A stretch of DNA of 13,941 nt from an uncultured bacterium (GTDB lineage: Bacteria > Abyssobacteria > SURF-5). Numbering within the stretch: the first letter of the stretch is position 1; each line of letters starts with the position of its first letter. The DNA is taken from assembly GCA_964510165.1 (NCBI GenBank), contig CAZEBC010000059.1, positions 1-13,941 on the forward strand. Reading direction: 5' to 3'. A program made the position numbers and the translations under genes. Of this stretch, positions 6,763-13,941 are shown in pieces. The notes below the pieces were generated by a model. It saw nothing but the letters and a program-made list of their open reading frames with translations. It searched no databases and was not told where the DNA came from.

Positions 6763-8973
6763 ATGAGCACAATCAGGGCAAAAACGATTCATCGCACGCT
6801 CTTCGTCGCGGCGACGCTCCTCTTTGCCGCCCTCAGCTACGGCGCGTACCTCCAGGAGACCCGCAAGGAATGGGTCGATTTCCAAAAGGAATTCAAGAAT
6901 CTCTCCAAGCGGAGAATTCAGGCAAAACTCGATGAAGCCCTAAGGAACAGCGACCAATCGTCTCAAGAGAAGTGGATGAAACGATTGTTGGAGGTCGAAT
7001 CGTCCGCAGCCCAACTTCGCCAGATTTTCCTGCCCGATGCGAACGTGAGAGACCTCTGTACCACTTGCCATCTCGGCATCGAGGACCCTCTCTTCGCAGA
7101 TGCGCCCGAACCCTTCAAGACCCATCCCGGCCGTATGCTCGACCTGCACCGCGTGCAACGCTTTGGCTGCACGGTCTGTCACCACGGCCAGGGCGTCGGC
7201 GTCACTACCGAGGCGGCTCACGGCTATGTGGAAACATGGTACAGGCCGCTCCTCCCGAAGGAACACGTCGAGGCGACATGTATCGGGTGTCACGAAACCT
7301 CATACGGCCTCGAAGGCGCCGAACGGCTTGAGCAGGGCCGCCTCACCTTCGCCAAATACGGCTGCTATGGCTGCCATAGCTCCCGCGGGTTTGAGAACCT
7401 GCCCAAATTCGCGCCCACTTTTGAGGGCTTCGCATCCAAACTCGCCGACGAACGCTGGATGCTGAGCTGGCTCAAAACGCCGGAAAAAATGCGTTCAACT
7501 ACCATCATGCCCACATTCAAGCTATCCGATGAGGAAATCCGTGACCTCACCGCCTTCGTGCTCTCTCTGAAAACGGAAAAGGAATATCCCAAGGTCAACC
7601 TCTCGGCGGCCTCCGCCCAGGACGGCGAGCGCCTCTTTACCGAACTCGGCTGCCGCGCATGCCATTCCTCCAAGAAAGACGAAGCCCCGCTCGAACGGCG
7701 TGTGCCTCTCCTGATCGATGCGGGCACGAAGCTCAACCCAAACTGGATTTTCGAATACCTTCGGGACCCAAAACAATATAATCCCGACACGCCCATGCCC
7801 AAACTCGATATCACCGAGACCGACCGCCTCAACCTGACCGCATATCTGATGACTCTCACGGCGAACGCCGACATCGTTAAGTCGGAACAGCTTACCGCCA
7901 AGGGCGCCTCGGTCGAGAATGGCGAGAAAATCGCGCAGTTGCAGGGCTGCTATGGCTGCCACAGGGTCGAATCCCTCGAAAAGGGTCCGATGCCCGGCGT
8001 CGAAGTGGCCGAAGTCGCCAAAAAGGCGCTCGATGAACTGCCCTTTGGAAACTCCACCGTTCCGATGACCAAATGGGATTGGATACTGAACAAGATCAAG
8101 ACGCCGAAGGTCTACGAAACATCCGATATGCCCCTCAAGATGCCTGAATACAAGTTCGAAGGTGACGAACCGCAACTCCTCACCACATACTACCTGTACA
8201 ACGCCCCGCTCCATTTGCCCGGAAATTACATGGCCGAGGCTACCTGGCAGCAGCGGCGCGGTCAGGCAGGCGAGCATCTGGTGACTTACTACAATTGCCG
8301 CGGCTGCCACATGTTTGAGGAGAACGCCAAGCCCCGTATCGACCAGTTCATCGACCTCAAGACCTATGTGCCTCCCAGGCTCGTCGGCGAGGGCGAAAAG
8401 GTCCAGCCCCAATGGGCCTTCCAATACCTCAATGGGCCGGTCCCGATGCGCCCGTGGCTGAAAATGCGGATGCCGACATTCTCCTTCACTTATGAACAAT
8501 TGGAAGATGCGATCAACTACTTCTCCATAAAGGCCGCTTCTCCCGAAGACGCGCGCGTGCCCTACGTCATCCTCCCCAGGAAAGAAGATATTCCGCAAAT
8601 CGAATTCGACATGGGCGAGTATCGCCTCCTCGCCGACAAATGCATGCAGTGCCATCCGGTTTCCCTCGAGGCCGGTCTCCCGCAGGACGTCAAGCTCGAG
8701 GACCTCTCCATAAACCTCATGCTTTCCAAAACCAGGCTTCGCTTCGAGTGGATCAAGAATTTCCTGCGAAACCCCGACAAGTACGCCGGAGCGGGAACCA
8801 AGATGCCATATGTCTTCTATACCCCTGAAGGCGTTCCCAGGGTGTCGGATGCGGAAATGTGGATCGATTACGTCACGCAATATCTGATGGTCATGGAGAA
8901 AATTCCCGAGGCCCCGCCCGAGGAAGAAAAGAAACCGGAAGATGAAGTGGATTGGACTCAGATGACCTATTGA
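6763..8973 (+). CDS. Membrane-anchored octaheme cytochrome c
   Basis: N-terminal hydrophobic anchor TLFVAATLLFAALSYGAYL, then a charged helical stalk. Eight CxxCH motifs with first Cys codons at 7057, 7168, 7279, 7363, 7651, 7948, 8296 and 8641. RBS GGAG just upstream; acidic C-terminal tail. Confidence 0.92.
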   Translation: MSTIRAKTIHRTLFVAATLLFAALSYGAYLQETRKEWVDFQKEFKNLSKRRIQAKLDEALRNSDQSSQEKWMKRLLEVESSAAQLRQIFLPDANVRDLCTTCHLGIEDPLFADAPEPFKTHPGRMLDLHRVQRFGCTVCHHGQGVGVTTEAAHGYVETWYRPLLPKEHVEATCIGCHETSYGLEGAERLEQGRLTFAKYGCYGCHSSRGFENLPKFAPTFEGFASKLADERWMLSWLKTPEKMRSTTIMPTFKLSDEEIRDLTAFVLSLKTEKEYPKVNLSAASAQDGERLFTELGCRACHSSKKDEAPLERRVPLLIDAGTKLNPNWIFEYLRDPKQYNPDTPMPKLDITETDRLNLTAYLMTLTANADIVKSEQLTAKGASVENGEKIAQLQGCYGCHRVESLEKGPMPGVEVAEVAKKALDELPFGNSTVPMTKWDWILNKIKTPKVYETSDMPLKMPEYKFEGDEPQLLTTYYLYNAPLHLPGNYMAEATWQQRRGQAGEHLVTYYNCRGCHMFEENAKPRIDQFIDLKTYVPPRLVGEGEKVQPQWAFQYLNGPVPMRPWLKMRMPTFSFTYEQLEDAINYFSIKAASPEDARVPYVILPRKEDIPQIEFDMGEYRLLADKCMQCHPVSLEAGLPQDVKLEDLSINLMLSKTRLRFEWIKNFLRNPDKYAGAGTKMPYVFYTPEGVPRVSDAEMWIDYVTQYLMVMEKIPEAPPEEEKKPEDEVDWTQMTY

Positions 8974-8978
8974 CCACT

Positions 8979-9007
8979 GTCGGGAGCGGTTCGATAACCG
9001 CCCTTGC
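8979..9007. repeat. REP-like palindrome after the octaheme cytochrome gene
   Basis: GTCGGGA-GCGGTT-CGAT-AACCGC-CCTTGC; core stem 8986-8991/8996-9001; shares GCGGT..AACCGCCC..TGC with the copy at 4432. Confidence 0.5.
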
Positions 9008-9048
9008 CCTATCGCGTTGAAGTTTGGTTACAACAACGGGGGACACAC

Positions 9049-12000
9049 ATGAAAACGTCGCTCATCAAGCCTCTCTTGATCGCCATCCTTGGGAGTTTCA
9101 TGCTGCTTTGCGGCTCGCGCGACTCACACGCCGCCACAGTCGTTAAGCAGAACATCGCCAAGAATTCGGTCTGGACCGCAAAGAAAAGCCCGTATGTGAT
9201 CGCGGGCAAGATCGCCCTCGAAGAAGGCGTCAGCCTCAAGATCGAGCCGGGCGCCCGCATCGAGTTCGCGCCCGAAGCCACGCTCGTCATCCTGGGCAAG
9301 CTCACAGCTATCGGGACTGAAGAAAAACCCATTGTGTTCACCGGCCGCTCAAGAGAACCCTGGGGCAATCTCCACTTCACCGATTTCAGCGAGAGCGCGA
9401 CCTTCTCCGAAGATGGCCACTTCATTGACGGTTGCATTCTCAAACATTGCATCGTCGAAGGCGGACGGGGCATCTATATAAGGTTCGGCGCGCCGTATAT
9501 CACCCAGTGCCAGATTCGCGGCAATTTCTCCAGCGGCATTCGCGTCGAATTCGGCGGCCCCCGCATCGTCGGCAATCAGATTTTCAATAACTCCACCGAG
9601 TCCGAGCCTGCCTCCGGCAACGGCGGCGGCATCATCGTATATTCAGATAAGGACGTCGTCATCGCCAACAACATAATCCATAACAATATATCCGACGGCG
9701 GACGTGACGGCGGCGGCGCCATTTACGCCTACGCGTCAGACAAAGGCAGCATCGCCATCAGAAACAACATCATGTTCTCTAACACGAGTTCCCGACTGGG
9801 CGGCGGCGTCTACGCTTACAGAGCGGAAATCGAAAGAAACACCATCGTCGGCAATCGCGCCGCACATCGGGGCGGCGGCATTTTCGCCGTCGAGTCCAGG
9901 ATTCACGATAACGTCGTCCAGTCCAACACCGCCCAGCAGGGCGGCGGCATCTTCGCCGAAAACAGCGAGGTCATCTCCAACAGCATCATCGGCAACGCTT
10001 CCCTGCATCCCGAGGGCGGCGCGCTCTACTACTTCGGCTCGGGCGTCGTCCTCCACAATACGCTCGTTCGAAACACCGCAGAAGGCCGGGCTGCATGCGG
10101 CGGGATATACCTTTCCGGTAATCCGTCCGTCCACGACAACAACATATTCAACAATTCGGGCTATGCTCTCTATGTCGCCAATGTCGCCGACGCCCCGCAA
10201 GTCGACGCCACCGACAACTTCTGGGGTATCCACTCCCTCAATGACGTGCTCAGGCTGACGTTTGACTGGCTCGACAACGGCTCAAACGGGCTCGCCATAT
10301 GTGCGCCCTACCTTGAAACCATTTCACGAAAAGCGCCCGCGCCTCCCCCTTCAAATCTGTTGGCCTCCGCCGCCCCCGACGGCATAAGACTGTCGTGGGA
10401 AATGCCCCAGGGAATCAACTTCGACGGCCATAGGATTTATTACAGCCAGGATGACGGATATCCTTACGATTCAATAACCGAAGCGGGGCCCGACAACGCT
10501 TATCTCTTGAAAGACATCAACCCCGGAGCCACATACTATGTCGCCGTCTCCGGCTTCCGGTTCATTAACGGCAATGAGATCGAAACCGCCTTATCCGAAG
10601 AAATCAGCGTGACCTTCACAAAGGCGGATGCGACGCCCGCCACTCCCGCCAATCTCTCCCCTGCCGAGAACGCCACCGTCCCGCGTTCGACGACCCTCGT
10701 CCTCAGGCAGCCAGGCCCCGAAGTCGCCGCCGCGCGATGGCAGCTCTCAACCTCCGAGGATTTCTCCGCACTTGCAATCGACAGGATTGCCTCTGCGGGC
10801 GAACTGTCGAAGTTTGCGCTTTCCGAGGAAATCGTGCTCGGCGGACAAAAGTATTTCTGGCGGGCCGCCTACCGGACGAGCGGAGGCAGTTGGTCCGACT
10901 GGAGCGAGCCAACCTCCTTCACAACCATGCTCGACAGTCCCTCCCTCATTTCCGGCCCGGTGTCCGGTCCGGTTACCCTCACCACCCAGCAAAGCCCCTA
11001 CACCGTGACGGGCAACATGCTCGTCATGCCGGGAGCAACTCTCTCGATTCAACCCGGAGTTCAGCTCCGATTCTCCCCCGGCACCAACCTCATGGTCCAT
11101 GGCAAACTCGTCGCCAGAGGCGCTGATTCCAAGCCGATATTTTTTACTCGCGACAGGAACGAGAACTGGGGACAGCTCATCTTCGCCGACCAGAGCGAGG
11201 ACGCCACACTCGACGACAAGGGTGAGTATGCCGGCGGCAGCATCATTGAGCACTGCCTCGTGGAATACGGCAATGGCATCGTCATCGAGTCCTCCTCCCC
11301 CATTGTCCTGGAGTGTGACATCTCAAACAACCAGGGCAGCGGTATTGTCGTCAGACACGGCGGCCCCATCATCGTGAGAAACGACATCCATCACAACTCC
11401 GCCCCTACCAATGGCGGCGGTATCTACGCCTACACCAATGACATCATCCGCCTTAAATCCAACAAAATCCATGACAACCGCGCGGGCGGTGATGGCGGCG
11501 GCGTTTACGCGTACGGCTATATGAACACCTCCGCCATTCGCGTGGAGGGGAACGACATCACCTCGAACGAGGCCGCCGGCAACGGCGGCGGCGTTTACAT
11601 ATCCCGCTCGTCCGCGCTCGGCAACTGGATCGCCTCCAACAAAGCCGAAGGCAACGGCGGCGGCGTCTTCGCCACGTTCGGACTTGTCGAATCCAACGAC
11701 ATTCGCTCCAACCGCGCCGCCGAGGGCGGCGGCATCTTCGCCGAACGCAACAGCAGCCTCACGCGGAACTTCGTCGCCTCCAACGAAGCCCTATCCGGAT
11801 TCGGCGGTGGCGTCTACATCAATTTCTGGGGCGCCTCCATCGAAAACGAGTCGTTCGTCCAAAATACCGTCACCACAAATCGCGCGCCCACCGACCGCGA
11901 CAACGGCGGCGTCTTCGTCTCGGGCTTCCTGCTCTTTGAAGAGAACAATATCTACGACAACGTCGGCAGCCAGCTTTATAACGCTAACGAATCGAAATCC

Positions 12001-12144
12001 GAGCCGCTCGTGGCTTCCCAATGTTACTGGGGCATCGCCGACAAAGACGCCATCGCCAAACGCATAACCGACGGCAACGACAACCCCAAGCTCGGTCTCG
12101 TCAATTACGAGCCGTTCCTCTCCGAGCCTGTCAAATTCGACTGA
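9049..12144 (+). CDS. Secreted right-handed parallel beta-helix repeat protein (two duplicated PbH1/NosD-like modules) with two central fibronectin type III-like domains
   Basis: ATG 9049 after a GGGGGA RBS is preferred over TTG 9004. Sec-type signal MKTSLIKPLLIAILGSFMLLCGSRDSHA. Many N-x-A-x-x-GGG(I/V)(Y/F) repeats. FN3-like segments at about 10340-10620 (IRLSW..YYVAVS) and about 10635-10925 (YFWRAAY..WSDWSEPTSF). Confidence 0.85.
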   Translation: MKTSLIKPLLIAILGSFMLLCGSRDSHAATVVKQNIAKNSVWTAKKSPYVIAGKIALEEGVSLKIEPGARIEFAPEATLVILGKLTAIGTEEKPIVFTGRSREPWGNLHFTDFSESATFSEDGHFIDGCILKHCIVEGGRGIYIRFGAPYITQCQIRGNFSSGIRVEFGGPRIVGNQIFNNSTESEPASGNGGGIIVYSDKDVVIANNIIHNNISDGGRDGGGAIYAYASDKGSIAIRNNIMFSNTSSRLGGGVYAYRAEIERNTIVGNRAAHRGGGIFAVESRIHDNVVQSNTAQQGGGIFAENSEVISNSIIGNASLHPEGGALYYFGSGVVLHNTLVRNTAEGRAACGGIYLSGNPSVHDNNIFNNSGYALYVANVADAPQVDATDNFWGIHSLNDVLRLTFDWLDNGSNGLAICAPYLETISRKAPAPPPSNLLASAAPDGIRLSWEMPQGINFDGHRIYYSQDDGYPYDSITEAGPDNAYLLKDINPGATYYVAVSGFRFINGNEIETALSEEISVTFTKADATPATPANLSPAENATVPRSTTLVLRQPGPEVAAARWQLSTSEDFSALAIDRIASAGELSKFALSEEIVLGGQKYFWRAAYRTSGGSWSDWSEPTSFTTMLDSPSLISGPVSGPVTLTTQQSPYTVTGNMLVMPGATLSIQPGVQLRFSPGTNLMVHGKLVARGADSKPIFFTRDRNENWGQLIFADQSEDATLDDKGEYAGGSIIEHCLVEYGNGIVIESSSPIVLECDISNNQGSGIVVRHGGPIIVRNDIHHNSAPTNGGGIYAYTNDIIRLKSNKIHDNRAGGDGGGVYAYGYMNTSAIRVEGNDITSNEAAGNGGGVYISRSSALGNWIASNKAEGNGGGVFATFGLVESNDIRSNRAAEGGGIFAERNSSLTRNFVASNEALSGFGGGVYINFWGASIENESFVQNTVTTNRAPTDRDNGGVFVSGFLLFEENNIYDNVGSQLYNANESKSEPLVASQCYWGIADKDAIAKRITDGNDNPKLGLVNYEPFLSEPVKFD

Positions 12145-12181
12145 GAATTAAGTATGATTTCCCGCGGCCGGGCCTACCACA

Positions 12182-12215
12182 ACCCTCTCCCCCTGGGAGA
12201 GGGTGGGGTGTGGGG
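12182..12215. repeat. BoxC-like palindromic element
   Basis: ACCCTCTCCC-CCT-GGGAGAGGGT is a perfect 10-bp stem followed by the G-rich tail GGGGTGTGGGG. This is the architecture of CCCTCTCCC-N3-GGGAGAGGG..GGGGTGAGGG dispersed repeats. Confidence 0.65.
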
Positions 12216-12246
12216 CCTTGCTTACGACTCCGCCACGGTGCCCTTG

Positions 12247-12255
12247 TGGTATACT
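12247..12255 (+). promoter_or_regulatory. Possible extended -10 promoter element for the DUF2851 gene
   Basis: TG-G-TATACT (TGn plus 5/6 match to TATAAT) about 70 nt upstream of ATG 12323; no recognisable -35 at 17-bp spacing. Confidence 0.35.
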
Positions 12256-12270
12256 AACTACCGTCCCTTT

Positions 12271-12296
12271 GTAGTGGCGCACGCCGTGCGCCCTGC
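12271..12296. repeat. REP-like palindrome (GTAG-type) upstream of the DUF2851 gene
   Basis: GTAG-T-GGCGCAC-GCC-GTGCGCC-CTGC: GTAG foot plus a perfect 7-bp stem, 12276-12282 pairing with 12286-12292. Confidence 0.6.
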
Positions 12297-12322
12297 CACG
12301 GCCACCAGCGAGGAATCGAACC

Positions 12323-13831
12323 ATGGCATTCTCCGAAGATTACTTTAAACTCTTCGACAACGCCCCCGCATTCCATGACAAGGTCGCCCACAAATATCTC
12401 CTCGCCTCACAGAGCGCCCACATATCGGAACGCCTCCTCAGATGCATCTGGTTCGACAAACTTTATGATGGCCACAAACTGACCACCCATGACGGCGCCC
12501 CCATAATCGTTCACTCGCCCGGCACATGGAATCTCGAGAGCGGCCCCGACTTCCGAAACGCCGACCTCACCCTCGCCGGACGCCGCGTCAAGGGAGATGT
12601 CGAGCTCCATCTCGATCCCGCCGGTTGGCGCCTCCACGGCCATGCCCGGGACCCGCGCTATGACAACGTCATTCTTCACGTGGTCCTGAAAGCGCGACAA
12701 AAGGGCGAGCCGCCGCTGTCTCGCCACGGCGTCGAAATCTCCGAAGTCGCTTTCTGGAATTGCCTCACCGACGACCTCAAAGTGCTCAAGTGCGCGCTCA
12801 GGCCCGACGAGTACCCTTACAAAAGCCTCCGCAATTTCGGCCGATGTCAGGCATTGCTCGAGCAATTGCCCGCCGGTGCCGCCCCAAGACTCCTCAATAT
12901 CGCGGGCGACGCCCGCATCATCGCCAAGCAGCGACGATTCGGTTACGAAGCCGAAAAGCTCGATCTCGACCAGGTCGCCTACTGCGCCATTCTCGAAGGC
13001 TTGGGCTATAAGGCCTTCACAAAACAGTTCGCCCAACTCGCCCAAAAGCTCCCCTATCACCGGCTGCGCGAACGCGCGCTGTCGGTCCCACACGCGAACC
13101 GCCCGCTTCTCACGCAGGCGCTGCTTCTAGGCGCAGCCGGCCTGCTGGATTGCTCCGACAAGGAGACGCCCGCTGAATCGCGCGGATACCTCAATGTCCT
13201 CTGCCGCCTCTGGCGCGAGTTCGGGTTCGATGACCCGCCCGAGCCGACAATCACTTGGAAGGCCTCCGCCGTCCGCCCCGCAAACCTGCCCGAGCGCCGC
13301 ATTGCCGGCGTCAGCCACGTCCTCTCTCGCTCGTTCGACGACGGCCTCTTCAATTCTATTGTTGGATGCGTGACAAACGAAAACGTGAAGACCGCGCGAA
13401 ACAGTTCAATCGAGTTCCTCTCCAGCGCCACCGATGACTTCTGGTCTCATCACTACACCGCGTCCGGCAAGCGAACCGAGAAGCCTGTAAGCCTCCTCGG
13501 AAAAGGCAGGGCGCTCACCATCGCCGTAAACGCCTTCGTGCCGCTTGGATTGCTTCACGCCCGCACAGCCACCCGTCCCGACTACGAAAACCGCGTCCAC
13601 CAACTCTACTCCTCCCTCCCCTCCCCAATCGCCAACTCCATCTCTCGCCTCATGGAATACCGCATGTTCGGCCCAGAGCCCCGACAGCGCCTGGCCCGCA
13701 CCGCTCGAGCCCAGCAAGGCCTCCTCCAAATCTTCGCCGACTGGTGCAGCGACGACCCCTCCTGCGAGAATTGCGGCATCCTCTCCGGCCTCCAAACCGG
13801 CTTCATCAAAGACAAGATCACAGCCCCTTGA
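12323..13831 (+). CDS. DUF2851 family protein (uncharacterised)
   Basis: Characteristic N-terminal block ERLLRCIW..SPGTWNLESGPDF..GDVELH...WRLHGHARDPRYDNVILHVV; LGYK; RPANLPERRIAG; FWSHHYT; LLGKGRA..IAVNAFVP; C-terminal QQGLLQ...C-x5-C-x2-C. RBS GAGG at about 12310. Confidence 0.85.
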   Translation: MAFSEDYFKLFDNAPAFHDKVAHKYLLASQSAHISERLLRCIWFDKLYDGHKLTTHDGAPIIVHSPGTWNLESGPDFRNADLTLAGRRVKGDVELHLDPAGWRLHGHARDPRYDNVILHVVLKARQKGEPPLSRHGVEISEVAFWNCLTDDLKVLKCALRPDEYPYKSLRNFGRCQALLEQLPAGAAPRLLNIAGDARIIAKQRRFGYEAEKLDLDQVAYCAILEGLGYKAFTKQFAQLAQKLPYHRLRERALSVPHANRPLLTQALLLGAAGLLDCSDKETPAESRGYLNVLCRLWREFGFDDPPEPTITWKASAVRPANLPERRIAGVSHVLSRSFDDGLFNSIVGCVTNENVKTARNSSIEFLSSATDDFWSHHYTASGKRTEKPVSLLGKGRALTIAVNAFVPLGLLHARTATRPDYENRVHQLYSSLPSPIANSISRLMEYRMFGPEPRQRLARTARAQQGLLQIFADWCSDDPSCENCGILSGLQTGFIKDKITAP

Positions 13832-13866
13832 ATCGGCGCATCTCTTTCGAGTCAAGACCCAACTTC

Positions 13867-13895
13867 TTGCATAATTGTAAGGGTTGTGGTAAAAT
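13867..13895 (+). promoter_or_regulatory. Sigma70-type promoter for a gene downstream of the window
   Basis: -35 TTGCAT (13867-13872), 17-bp spacer ending in TGG (extended -10), -10 TAAAAT (13890-13895); locally AT-rich; RBS-like AAAGGA at the window end. Confidence 0.65.
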
Positions 13896-13941
13896 CTGCA
13901 TCAATTCGGTCGTCAAGATGACCAATTGTGAGGCGAAAGGA

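Noticed and set aside
6763-8973. Octaheme enzyme of the HAO, octaheme nitrite reductase or tetrathionate reductase type
   Set aside because: There is no CxxCK motif, and heme spacing with repeated W..P..MP class I domains does not fit those families; it looks like an electron carrier.
9049-9135. Lipoprotein signal at MLLC in the beta-helix protein
   Set aside because: Poor lipobox (Leu rather than Gly/Ala/Ser before the Cys); an SHA-A signal peptidase I site is more plausible.
9600-11920. Recurring GGCGGCGGC nucleotide repeats as a CRISPR array or tandem repeat
   Set aside because: They are in-frame Gly-Gly-Gly codons of beta-helix coils, with irregular spacing and no conserved 25-40 nt repeat.
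12154-12348. 64-aa ORF in the intergenic region
   Set aside because: It is mostly the translation of the BoxC-like (PLPLGEGG) and REP-like palindromes, has no clear RBS, and overlaps the DUF2851 start.

Overview
GC-rich bacterial window with nine genes, all on the + strand. The first four encode a type II DMSO-reductase-family molybdoenzyme of the ethylbenzene dehydrogenase / steroid C25 dehydrogenase subfamily, in the unusual order alpha (5' end cut off by the window), gamma (heme b), beta (Fe-S), delta (private chaperone). They are followed directly by a split cytochrome b6-type pair (cytochrome b with the heme ci Cys, and an extended subunit IV with APWY in place of PEWY) and a membrane-anchored octaheme cytochrome c. 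No Rieske protein is encoded in the window. Next come a large secreted protein with two duplicated beta-helix modules joined by two FN3-like domains, and a DUF2851-family gene. Intergenic gaps hold four degenerate GTAG-type REP-like palindromes and one BoxC-like palindrome, and a good sigma70 promoter at the 3' end points out of the window. The main candidate for an undescribed system is a putative O2-independent C-H hydroxylase wired through an octaheme cytochrome to an apparently Rieske-less cytochrome b6/subunit IV quinone-interacting module. All family assignments come from motif recognition; no database searches were run.
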